IMG/VR virus record: IMGVR_UViG_3300021426_000001
From: a virus
Lineage: Duplodnaviria > Caudoviricetes
Strand: one strand, 5' to 3'
DNA length: 64,000 nucleotides
Under the pieces are notes generated by a model. That model had not been told where the DNA came from and ran no database searches. It worked only from the letters and a program-made list of their open reading frames with translations. This document shows, one piece after another, positions 38,489 through 47,481 of the stretch. Made by a program: the position numbers and the translations under genes. How positions within the stretch are numbered: position 1 is the stretch's first letter; each line of letters begins with the position of its first letter.

Positions 38489-41194
38489 TCACTGCGCATA
38501 GACGTATCTGAATCTGAGTCTCACGACTGGGATGTCGCGGTCTGAAGTATAGTTCACGATGTTGTTGTTGTCATCCAAGATGTTGTCGTCGAAGATCTGC
38601 TTGAGTGCCGGATATACGTAGTTGAAGTTTCTCTTAGCAGTATCGTAAGACACGTCACCGCTCTGGATGGCGTCTCTCAGCATGAAGTAGAAGGACTCTT
38701 CGCTGAGGTTCTCGTTGAGGTTGAAGCTGTTAGCGCCGACTCTTCTGAAAGTCTCCTCACGGACGACTTTTCTAGCCACTAGGTCTTCGATCTCTGATTG
38801 AAGCTTGCTGTAGTTAGCGAGAATGTCGCTCATCGCGTTAGCCATCTTCGTAGCTTCTTCTACCTTTCCGCTCGCCCTGAGAACAGCTAGCCTCATGAGA
38901 AGCTCCTGCATACTCTCTTCAAGCTCGTAGTACTCTGCTGGGAGTCCAGCGTCGAACTCGATCTCGTAGGGAAGCGGAATCGGACGCTCGTCTGTGCTCG
39001 TCGTGACAGGTCTTCCAGTGATCCAGTTCTCTACCGCGTAGATTAGCTTAGAGTCAACGCTTGACATGCGGTTCTTTGTGAAGAATGAGTCTTCTTCGAG
39101 TACGATGTCGAAGTAGTACCCGTCGTCAACTGTCGGATTGCCGTTGAGCGAGAGATAGACATTGTCTGGATCTACGCTCACTTCGTCGATTCTGAACTTC
39201 TCTTCTCTCTGATTCTCCGACTGGATGATCAGACTTATGTCCTTTCCGACCATGCTCTTCAAGATGTCCCTCATGTCGTTTCCGCGAATGTCTTGCTGCG
39301 GGACTATGAGGATGTTCTTGTTCGTCTTGACGTCTCCAGGCTCGAATCTGTAAGTCTTCTCAGTTCCCTTGATGAGCTCAGAGACCTTGATGTCGATGTT
39401 AGCTCTCTTTGCGCCAGCGTGCTTCAGGATCTGGTTGTAGATGTCGGACTTGAAGATCTGGGACTTGAAAGTCGTGTTCTGTGCGAGCCACTTGTACAGG
39501 TCGTTCTCTAGCTCATCTTTGAACTTAGAGAGATCTACGTGTCTGTCGACCTGTATGTCGCCGACGCAGTCGTAGTAGTGGAACAGCGGAGGCATGCTGA
39601 TGAGCTTCGTGTTGATCATCATTCTGTCTTCTGCGTCTGCTCTCACTTGGAGCGCCCACTGACCGAAAGTGCTACGATCGGTGTACTGATCCTGGGTCGT
39701 TCCCTTTGGGTATATAAGGAACGACACGTAGTCGAACAGGTGGCTCATGTAAGTGCTGTAGTCGATGTAGAGAGATGAGCTCGATAGATCTTCCTTCTCG
39801 TCGAACACGTTGACTGGACGGTAGAGACCGTTCGTATCGCGATAGATGTCTGAGAAGAGGCAGTACATGATCAGGTTCGTTCTGCCAGCGTCGTGCTCTC
39901 CGAGCTGATCTTCCATCTGATTTTCGCCGTATGCGATAGCGTGCTTCACGTTGATCGGATCGGTGATAGTGAGAAGGTAAGACATGAAGTCAGGCAGTGT
40001 GATCAGCTTAGCGTTTGATGCGAAGTAGATCTTTGCGTTTCTCTTCATCGCGTCTCTGGCCTCGAAGTCAGTTCCGCCGTGGATAGAGCTCTCGAAGAGG
40101 AATGTCACGTTGTTGCTGATGTTGGTGACTCTGCCCACTCCAGATGCGTATACCTTTCCGACAGTTCTCATCTGTGATCCGACTGCGTCAGGGTAGTTAG
40201 CCTCTGATCCGTCAGTTGTGAAGTACTGAACATAGATGCTCTGATCTGTGCTCGTGAGTCCAGGAGAAGTGTCTATTCCGTTTCCGAAGTATAGACGAAC
40301 CGTCTTGTCGTAGTTCGATCTGATGCAGACGACTGGAAGAGGCGCATCTCCGGGCTTCCTCTTCTTGATATTCTTGTTGAGCTCGACCGCTTCGTCCTCG
40401 ATCTCGAACAGATTGTTCTCACAGAAAGCGTCTGCTTGGTCAGTTCCGATTCCGACTTTGCACAGACCGTACAGCTTGTTGTACTCGCCGTTCTTGAATG
40501 CGAACGGATCTCTTATGCCGTAGTAGTTAGAGAACTTCAGATCGTCGATGTCATACCACTGGTACTGCTGTCCGACCTTGCTTGAGTAAGTGATTGAGTC
40601 GAGGACTTTCACAGTCTTCTTGCCCTGAACGACCCTGATCGTGTGCAGCTTAGAGGTAGCAGCGCTGTTGACCTTTCCGTCTAGCGTGATGTAGCCCTCT
40701 TTCTGAGACTCGTAGCCGTTGACTGCGAATCTGATCTTCTTAGTCCATGACGGATCCTGGCCTCTAGCAACATCGTCGTCTGTCAGCGTGTAAGAGTAGC
40801 ACGCGTCGAGCATGTAGTCATGTCCGTTGAAGCTGAACGTGAGACTCTCGTTGTTCAGCCAGATCGTGTCGCCAGACTGAACCGTCTTCGGAAGAGGACC
40901 TCGAATGTTGAGCGAGATGTCTGCTACTGCTGGAACTGCTCTCTTCGGATTGTAGCCGAGGTTGTGGGACAGCTTGATGACACTCGAGTCTAGCTTAGCA
41001 GTGTCGAGGTAGTTCTCCTCGGCAGTTCTCTGAATGTAGTAGTTCGTCAAGTCCATGACGCCAGAGAACAGCTCCTGGAAGAAGGAGTATATGCTAGCCT
41101 TGCTGAGATTCTTGTATCTCTCGTCTGCTAGAATGCGGTTGTTCCACTCGTCTAGAATGGATTGATGCGTCAATTTTGTATAGTCCAAGCTCAT
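38489..41194 (-). CDS. baseplate wedge protein (T4 gp6-like)
   Basis: ENYLDTAKLDSSVIKLSHNLGYNPKR, LYFGNG and YFTTDGSEAN motifs. Confidence 0.9.
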   Translation of the reverse strand: MSLDYTKLTHQSILDEWNNRILADERYKNLSKASIYSFFQELFSGVMDLTNYYIQRTAEENYLDTAKLDSSVIKLSHNLGYNPKRAVPAVADISLNIRGPLPKTVQSGDTIWLNNESLTFSFNGHDYMLDACYSYTLTDDDVARGQDPSWTKKIRFAVNGYESQKEGYITLDGKVNSAATSKLHTIRVVQGKKTVKVLDSITYSSKVGQQYQWYDIDDLKFSNYYGIRDPFAFKNGEYNKLYGLCKVGIGTDQADAFCENNLFEIEDEAVELNKNIKKRKPGDAPLPVVCIRSNYDKTVRLYFGNGIDTSPGLTSTDQSIYVQYFTTDGSEANYPDAVGSQMRTVGKVYASGVGRVTNISNNVTFLFESSIHGGTDFEARDAMKRNAKIYFASNAKLITLPDFMSYLLTITDPINVKHAIAYGENQMEDQLGEHDAGRTNLIMYCLFSDIYRDTNGLYRPVNVFDEKEDLSSSSLYIDYSTYMSHLFDYVSFLIYPKGTTQDQYTDRSTFGQWALQVRADAEDRMMINTKLISMPPLFHYYDCVGDIQVDRHVDLSKFKDELENDLYKWLAQNTTFKSQIFKSDIYNQILKHAGAKRANIDIKVSELIKGTEKTYRFEPGDVKTNKNILIVPQQDIRGNDMRDILKSMVGKDISLIIQSENQREEKFRIDEVSVDPDNVYLSLNGNPTVDDGYYFDIVLEEDSFFTKNRMSSVDSKLIYAVENWITGRPVTTSTDERPIPLPYEIEFDAGLPAEYYELEESMQELLMRLAVLRASGKVEEATKMANAMSDILANYSKLQSEIEDLVARKVVREETFRRVGANSFNLNENLSEESFYFMLRDAIQSGDVSYDTAKRNFNYVYPALKQIFDDNILDDNNNIVNYTSDRDIPVVRLRFRYVYAQ

Positions 41195-41244
41195 ATAGTA
41201 TTTATAGAACCGGATAAATAAGCATATCTCAAAGGAGAACTACG

Positions 41245-42153
41245 ATGAGAAAAACTAAAGACGTGACACTGAATATCTCTAGCGACGATGTGCTGAAGAT
41301 GATCGAACACGAGGAGAAGACCATGAAGGTCTCTAGCAAAGGTATGCTGAAGGCGGTCAAGGATTCTCGCGAGCGCTTTGACAAGTTCGCTAAGAAACTA
41401 AAAATCCTCGGACCTGAGGGAGAGGAAGAGTTCAAGCCGTTCACATGGCAGAAGAACCTCGGTCTCGCATTCCAGCAGGCTTACGAGTCTAAGAAGAAGT
41501 ATCAGAGAAACTTCGTCGTCGTGAATCCGAGACAGGGCGGAATGACTACCCTTCTGTGCGCATACGCTCTATGGCTCGCATCTACGAAGCCGTGCAAGAG
41601 AGTTGGAATTCTCTGCGGCAGCAACATGCAGGGTGTCGAGAAGATGTTGAGAATCCAAGCGATGTATGACTCTCTCCCTAACTATCTGAAGAAGCCGATC
41701 AAGAAGAGACGCAAAGATCTGCTGGAGTTCACAGACGGAAGCTACATATATGCTACTCACGCCCATAGGAGCGAGGTGCTCGGAAAGACGCTCGATCTGG
41801 TGATTCTGGATGATGCAGCGTTTATCAGGGATCTATATGACTTCTTCAAGTGCTATCTACCGATGCACTCTGCTATGTGCGTCAACTCTAAGACGGACAA
41901 GCCTCAGATGATCGTGACATCTGCTGCTAAGCCAGGGACTGCCTTCGCAGATCTCTATGGTAAGGCAGTCGGAAAGAAGTCTCTGTTCAGAAAGGTGCGC
42001 ATTCCGTGGGACTGCCGTCCCGGCCGAGACAAAGCCTGGAAGGAGAAGATCATCCGCGATTACGGCCAAGCCTTCTTCGACTTCGAATACGACGGAAAGT
42101 TCGCCTCATATTCCGAACCTCCTACTCAGAAATCTGATCCGAAGAAGTCATAG
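41245..42153 (+). CDS. terminase large-subunit ATPase-domain paralogue with degenerate Walker motifs and no nuclease domain
   Basis: FKPFTWQK, PRQGGMTT, LVILDDAAF and PGRDKAWK...EYDGKF match the gp17 N-terminal domain; the ORF ends at the domain boundary. Confidence 0.8.
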   Translation: MRKTKDVTLNISSDDVLKMIEHEEKTMKVSSKGMLKAVKDSRERFDKFAKKLKILGPEGEEEFKPFTWQKNLGLAFQQAYESKKKYQRNFVVVNPRQGGMTTLLCAYALWLASTKPCKRVGILCGSNMQGVEKMLRIQAMYDSLPNYLKKPIKKRRKDLLEFTDGSYIYATHAHRSEVLGKTLDLVILDDAAFIRDLYDFFKCYLPMHSAMCVNSKTDKPQMIVTSAAKPGTAFADLYGKAVGKKSLFRKVRIPWDCRPGRDKAWKEKIIRDYGQAFFDFEYDGKFASYSEPPTQKSDPKKS

Positions 42154-42781
42154 TAGACTTCCCAGATCCGTTCGACTTCTCGTAACGGAAGTCTCCAATG
42201 GTCATTGTCCCTTCCAGGGCAGTGACCTCTTCTTTTGTTATCTTGCGGAGTCCTACCTGCTTCTCGACGTAGAGCATGTTGTGGGCGTTCGTCTTGTTGA
42301 TCTCAGCTTCGAGTCCGAGACGGAAGCAGCGGTTCATAGAGAGCGACATCTGCCATGCTTCTCGTTCTACGAAGTAGCGAGTGATGTTGTCGCATGGCAG
42401 CTTCGGGAGCTTGAGAGTCTCGATGATCGGCAGATCTTTCTGGGTGTATTTTCCGCCGTTGCATGCGAAGTGGATGTAGTGGGAGCACTCATGGAGAAAG
42501 ATCGCTACGTCGTGATCAGATTCGAACTTGAGCACGTTCCTCTGAGTGTCGTAGTAGTTTTTCGAGAGATAGAGGATGTTGACGAACTTCTGAGTCGTGA
42601 AGAATCCTCCGATCCCTCTGCGATCCAGAACTTCTTGGTCCTGAAATACGATAGAAGCGTACTTGGCAGAGGTGATCTTGCCGCGAATGAAGTTCCATGC
42701 GATGCTGAACTTCTTGTTCTCTTCAGTGAGTTCGAGCTTTGCGACCTGAATTCTGGTCAAAATGATGCGGTTGTCTTTCAT
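42122..42781 (-). CDS. putative zincin-like metalloprotease (HExxH)
   Basis: IFLHECSHYIH plus a downstream EREAW; early promoter and AAGGGA SD place the start at 42781. Confidence 0.65.
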   Translation of the reverse strand: MKDNRIILTRIQVAKLELTEENKKFSIAWNFIRGKITSAKYASIVFQDQEVLDRRGIGGFFTTQKFVNILYLSKNYYDTQRNVLKFESDHDVAIFLHECSHYIHFACNGGKYTQKDLPIIETLKLPKLPCDNITRYFVEREAWQMSLSMNRCFRLGLEAEINKTNAHNMLYVEKQVGLRKITKEEVTALEGTMTIGDFRYEKSNGSGKSTMTSSDQISE

Positions 42782-42811
42782 GAGTGGTCCCTTGTTCCTG
42801 TTTACGCTATC

Positions 42812-42902
42812 AATATAGGATTTTCTCAAGGCTTTGTAAATGGAAAAAATTGAGATTTTCTCAAAAATAGGGGTTTACAAAGTGTCTGGAAAATCCTATA
42901 TT
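42812..42902. promoter_or_regulatory. divergent pair of early promoters (minus 42812-42840, plus 42874-42902)
   Basis: Both match TTTACA-N17-TATATT. Confidence 0.85.
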
Positions 42903-42931
42903 CTACTCGTAAAACAACAAAGGACCTAGAA

Positions 42932-44746
42932 ATGGAAATCGAGATCACTCCGGAAAACGTAGAAAAGAAGTTCGCCAACGCAGTCGACTACTACTGCATC
43001 TACATGCCGAACCTCCTCAACTTCTACCAGCTGTTCACACGCCGCGTGAACAACAAGATCGCTTCCATGAGAATCTGCGTCAAGCGCGACGTCACTCCGG
43101 TTCTCGAATACAACGAGAAGTGGGTCTGCGAAATCGACCCGGCTCTCTTCAATCAGGCTCTCGCAATCGATCTCTACCGCTTCATCAATCATCACTGCAC
43201 GCTTCGTGAACTTCAGGGCGCTAACGCTTTCAAGGCTTCCACTGCCGTCTGCAACAGCCCGGAACTTCAACAGTTCCTCAAGGCTGCTCCGTTCGAACTC
43301 GCCGAGATGGCTAGAAAGCTCATCTGGTCTCGCGAAATCATCGAAGAAGAGATCGGAGAGAAGATCTCTGATGAAGACTGGTATTATGAATCCGTCTTCG
43401 AGATCCTCAACCGCAAGTCTCCGCAACAGCAGCAACAGAACCAGAACCAAGACGACAACCAGTCTGGATCTGGTCAGGAACAGCAGCAACAGTCTGGGTC
43501 TTCCGACGATGACAAGAAGGATGACAACAAGGACGGCTCTGGCAAGAACGACCAGAAGGACAAGGACGACAAGTCCAAGGGCTCTTCTAAGAAGGACAAG
43601 GATGGAGAAGAGGGCGACAAGGACTCTGACTCCGACCAACAGGACGGAGACGGTGACGGCGACGAAGAAGACCAAGACCAGAACTCCAACGGCAAGGACG
43701 GAAAGGACAAGGACTCTAACGGGAAAGACGGAAAGGACAAGGACTCTAAGGACCAAGACCAAGAAGGTGACGGCAAGGGCGACAAGAACCAGAAGTCCGA
43801 TGGAAAGGACGGAAAGGATGACCAGAACGAGCAGAACAGCCAAAACGGCGGCAAGGACGGTCAGGAGGGAGACGAAGAAGACGACTCCGACGAACAGGAC
43901 GGCGAAGGCGATTCTGACTCCAAAGACGGTCAAAACGGCAAAGACGGCGATTCCGACAAGCAGGACGGAAACGGCGGAAAGAGCCCTCGTGACCAAGAAC
44001 TCGACGACAACGCCAACGCAGATCCGTCCAAGGCTCCGAACAGCACTGGAAATCCGTTCAAGGACTGGAGCTCTAATGGCGACGAAAACACCGAAGAATG
44101 GGGCAGAAATCAGGTCGTAGACCAGCTCATTCAGGAAGCTTTTGAACACAGCAAGAGCACTGGCTGGGGCTCTCTCACCGGTTCCGAGATCTCTCAAATC
44201 GAGATCGCCAACCGCAGAAAGATCAGCATCACGCCGATTATCGCTTCTTTCGCTGCCTCTGTCCGCACGAGAAAGCGCTTCGCAACCCGCATGCGCTACA
44301 ACAAGCGCTACGGATTGATCTTTCCGGGCTACCGTCTCGACCGCAAGTCCAGAATCCTCTTCGCCATCGACTCTTCGGGATCTATGAGCGACGAAGACAT
44401 CAACAAGGGCTGCGCAATTCTGCACAACTTCCTCAAGAAGTGCGACATCGACGTGGCATTCTGGGATGCACAGATGATTGACCCGTTCAAGTTCAAGAAG
44501 AACATCACGAAGATCGATGCTCCGGGCCGTGGCGGCACTGATCCGCACTGCGTAGGTGAATACCTCGACGAACATCAGAAGCTCCACTACGACGGCGTCA
44601 TCCTCTTCACTGACTGCATCTGGCGCTGGGAAGAGAACAACCTCAAGATGCCTATCTTCATCATCAGCTCGGAAGAAAAATACCGCGTGCCGAGCTTCGT
44701 GAAGCACCATACGACGATCCAGGCTCTCACTCACTGCTTCGACTAA
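42932..44746 (+). CDS. VWA-domain protein (DUF2201-type: peptidase-like N-domain, acidic low-complexity linker, VWA)
   Basis: MIDAS motif IDSSGSM, GRGGTD, ILFTD; D/K/G/Q-rich linker. Confidence 0.85.
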   Translation: MEIEITPENVEKKFANAVDYYCIYMPNLLNFYQLFTRRVNNKIASMRICVKRDVTPVLEYNEKWVCEIDPALFNQALAIDLYRFINHHCTLRELQGANAFKASTAVCNSPELQQFLKAAPFELAEMARKLIWSREIIEEEIGEKISDEDWYYESVFEILNRKSPQQQQQNQNQDDNQSGSGQEQQQQSGSSDDDKKDDNKDGSGKNDQKDKDDKSKGSSKKDKDGEEGDKDSDSDQQDGDGDGDEEDQDQNSNGKDGKDKDSNGKDGKDKDSKDQDQEGDGKGDKNQKSDGKDGKDDQNEQNSQNGGKDGQEGDEEDDSDEQDGEGDSDSKDGQNGKDGDSDKQDGNGGKSPRDQELDDNANADPSKAPNSTGNPFKDWSSNGDENTEEWGRNQVVDQLIQEAFEHSKSTGWGSLTGSEISQIEIANRRKISITPIIASFAASVRTRKRFATRMRYNKRYGLIFPGYRLDRKSRILFAIDSSGSMSDEDINKGCAILHNFLKKCDIDVAFWDAQMIDPFKFKKNITKIDAPGRGGTDPHCVGEYLDEHQKLHYDGVILFTDCIWRWEENNLKMPIFIISSEEKYRVPSFVKHHTTIQALTHCFD

Positions 44747-44765
44747 CTTCAACCAAGGACAAACT

Positions 44766-44981
44766 ATGAACAAGAAACTCATCGCACGCTTCATCCACGA
44801 CTTCGTAGAATCCAAGTACCGCGATCTCATTCCCTACTCTGTCATCGAGAATTCAGTCACTGTGTACCCTGATGGCAGATTTGGCTTCAACTGTCATGAT
44901 CTGATGATGAAGTACGGGATAGGCCTAGATCAGTTCAAGAGGGACTTCTCAGACCTGATTCTGATCTTCAACAAGACGTAG
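44766..44981 (+). CDS. hypothetical early protein
   Basis: AAGGAC SD. Confidence 0.7.
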   Translation: MNKKLIARFIHDFVESKYRDLIPYSVIENSVTVYPDGRFGFNCHDLMMKYGIGLDQFKRDFSDLILIFNKT

Positions 44982-45015
44982 CGCATAAAAATCCGAGAAA
45001 ATCTGAAAATCGAGG

Positions 45016-45044
45016 TTTACAAAGAACCTCGATTTTTCTATATT
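45016..45044 (+). promoter_or_regulatory. early promoter TTTACA-N17-TATATT
   Basis: Conserved early motif with GTAAAACAAAGG at 45051. Confidence 0.85.
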
Positions 45045-45072
45045 GGGAATGTAAAACAAAGGGAATTGAACC

Positions 45073-45378
45073 ATGAGAAAAGATGAAAAGCTCCACAAAA
45101 TCTACGTTGCGCTCGAAAACGCACTCAAAGATCTCAATCTTCAGCATCACGGCTATCCGGAAATAGTGAACTTCACGGTCTTCCAGACTGGCACTCCAGA
45201 GGTCTTCGCATTCTTCCCTAACCTCGGTCTCGTTGAGGCTAAGGTAGCTGCAGGCGAGACTACGGTCGACGAAGTCATGAGGAACGTCAAGAAGTTCGAC
45301 GACGAAACCGCAGAATATCTCTTCGAAGTCGCATCCGATCTCTACTTCCACAACACTTTCGTGGGTCTTCCCAAATAA
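45073..45378 (+). CDS. hypothetical early protein
   Basis: Has its own early promoter and SD. Confidence 0.8.
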   Translation: MRKDEKLHKIYVALENALKDLNLQHHGYPEIVNFTVFQTGTPEVFAFFPNLGLVEAKVAAGETTVDEVMRNVKKFDDETAEYLFEVASDLYFHNTFVGLPK

Positions 45379-45404
45379 AACTCAAAATTTTCTCGATTTT
45401 GGGG

Positions 45405-45433
45405 TTTACAATCTGTTGAGAAATTCCTATATT
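45405..45433 (+). promoter_or_regulatory. early promoter TTTACA-N17-TATATT
   Basis: Conserved early motif. Confidence 0.85.
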
Positions 45434-45478
45434 GATAATGTAAAACAAAAGAGCTAACTTCAACAAGGACCATTTAAA

Positions 45479-46606
45479 ATGCTCGAAAAAGTCTCTATCG
45501 CAGAATTTATCGAACTCGCCCTCTGCTGCCCTGATGAACAGGCAATGCTCATTCTCGGCGACTTCGGTATTGGTAAGACCCAAGTCGTTCAGAAGGTCGG
45601 AACTATTCTCGGAATAGACGTCATCGTGTTCGACTGCACTCACCTCAATGACCCTGGCGACATTCTCGGTCTTCCGTCCATCATCAACGGTCGCACCATC
45701 TTCAACCCGACTTACTGGTATCATCCTGAAAAGCCGGTGCTGCTCTTCTTCGACGAAGTATTCCGTGCTACTCCGGAAGTTCGCGCTGCTCTCATGACTC
45801 TCTGCTTGGACCAGACAATTGGCGACAAGAAGCTCGCTCCTGGCTCTCGCGTCTTCGCTGCTGCTAACCCGCCGGGATTCCACGGCTACGAAGGTGAAAT
45901 TCCTGACCCGGCTCAGCTCTCCCGCTACGCTCCGTACTGGCTTGATCCGACCTTCAACGAATGGTACGAATACGCTAAGGAAGCTAAGGTTCACCCAGCT
46001 ATCCTCGAATACTTGAACAACAACAAGAAGGACCTCGACGCTTACTCCGCTGCTAGCGACATGAACGTCGCAGCCGACGACGGCAACGGCGCCGACCTCA
46101 AGATCCTCCAGTGCCGTCGTTCTTGGTTCAAGGCTTCCGACAACCTCTACAAGGCCGAGAAGGTCAAGAAGGTCAAGAAGCTCGACCGAAACCTCGTGAT
46201 CCGCATCATGAGCGGCTACATCCCGGCTACGATGGCTGTGAAGTTCGCTCAGACCTACATGAACACTTCCACTTCGAGCCTCAACGCCGAAGACGTCCTC
46301 AACGACTGGAAGAAGGTCAAACCGGCCGATGGCGCTAAGCTGGATGTGCCGACCGCTGCAAAGCTCGCTGGCGACATCAAGCTCATCGTCAAGGAAACGA
46401 TGAAGGAAAAGGGATCTATCCCGAAGAAGTGGAAGAACAACTTCTCTGGCTTCATTCAGGAAGGTCTCTCGAAGGAATCCCAAGTCGCTGTCATTAACAA
46501 CCTGATCTTCCAGGACATGACGAACAACGAAGACTGGGTCTTCTGGATCTCCGACGACGAACTCCAGTCGTTCTTCGAAACCACGGTGGCCTCCAAGGTC
46601 GCCTAA
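45479..46606 (+). CDS. MoxR-like AAA+ ATPase
   Basis: Walker A GDFGIGKT, Walker B LLFFDE, sensor AAANP, arginine finger DPAQLSR. Confidence 0.9.
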   Translation: MLEKVSIAEFIELALCCPDEQAMLILGDFGIGKTQVVQKVGTILGIDVIVFDCTHLNDPGDILGLPSIINGRTIFNPTYWYHPEKPVLLFFDEVFRATPEVRAALMTLCLDQTIGDKKLAPGSRVFAAANPPGFHGYEGEIPDPAQLSRYAPYWLDPTFNEWYEYAKEAKVHPAILEYLNNNKKDLDAYSAASDMNVAADDGNGADLKILQCRRSWFKASDNLYKAEKVKKVKKLDRNLVIRIMSGYIPATMAVKFAQTYMNTSTSSLNAEDVLNDWKKVKPADGAKLDVPTAAKLAGDIKLIVKETMKEKGSIPKKWKNNFSGFIQEGLSKESQVAVINNLIFQDMTNNEDWVFWISDDELQSFFETTVASKVA

Positions 46607-46619
46607 CATTAAAATTCTC

Positions 46620-46677
46620 GGACCCTCACCCTTTCCTTATGGTCCTTTGTTTTACACTGGGTGAGGGTCCTTTCTTG
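46620..46677 (+). terminator. intrinsic terminator with a 12-bp stem and a 27-nt loop antisense to early leaders
   Basis: GGACCCTCACCC/GGGTGAGGGTCC followed by TTTCTT. Confidence 0.75.
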
Positions 46678-46701
46678 TATAAATAAAGAGAGGTTTAAAT
46701 T

Positions 46702-47466
46702 ATGTCAATGGATATTGAAAAAGCGCTTAACATACTCTCTGAGTCTCACATCATCTTGGAGAGAAAGAAGGTCTCTGAGATGACTCCTGAAGAGTACGAG
46801 AGAGATCTCGCAGCGAGAAGAAAGAGAAGAGAGCTTAGAAAGCAGAGAGCTGCTAACGCTTCGCCTGCTCAGCAGCCTGAGAAACCGAAACAGGCTGAGC
46901 CGAGAGAAACTCCGAAGCCGACTGGAAAGTGGTACGTGATCGGAAGGAGATCTCCGATTCCAGAGACACTAGAAGAAAAGGGACTCGTGAAGAAGCTCGC
47001 TACTAATGAGGACCTAGATGCATTCTTGAGATACAAGGGCGGTCTGAAGATGGGCCCGTTCGGCACTAAGGAAGAGGCTGTGGCTGCAGCGAGAAGCTCA
47101 GTGAAGAATCTAGTGAACTATTACAGAGATAGAATCTCCAAGAAGGTAAAAGAGAATCCAGACTACTTGACTGAGTACTCTCAGGACAATTCCTACGTCA
47201 ATTCTAAGCTATACGTAGTAGACTTCTCCGAGAAGAACCGCAAATGGTCTAGCGGTAGAAGAGGTCCGGGCGACTCTGGCTGGTGGTACAACTCAGACGA
47301 TGAGGCTTCTGACAATTTGAACAGACCAGCTAAGAAGTTCAACGACGACCTCACGAAGCTCATAGAGGATGCACTAGAGGCTAAGCGTGAGCGTCAGAGA
47401 CGCAGCAGCTACTCTTCATGGGATCCGAACTCTCCGACCTACAGAAACGTCTTCGCTCATCATTAA
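46702..47466 (+). CDS. putative internal head protein (paralogue 1)
   Basis: TATAAATA at 46678-46685; ILSESHIILE N-terminus. Confidence 0.65.
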   Translation: MSMDIEKALNILSESHIILERKKVSEMTPEEYERDLAARRKRRELRKQRAANASPAQQPEKPKQAEPRETPKPTGKWYVIGRRSPIPETLEEKGLVKKLATNEDLDAFLRYKGGLKMGPFGTKEEAVAAARSSVKNLVNYYRDRISKKVKENPDYLTEYSQDNSYVNSKLYVVDFSEKNRKWSSGRRGPGDSGWWYNSDDEASDNLNRPAKKFNDDLTKLIEDALEAKRERQRRSSYSSWDPNSPTYRNVFAHH

Positions 47467-47481
47467 GAAGGAGATTTGAAC

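Noticed and set aside
42926-46609. Long antisense and alternate-frame ORFs (634, 304 and 440 aa)
   Set aside because: Shadows produced by strong codon bias and low complexity in the VWA and MoxR genes; no SD or recognisable motifs.
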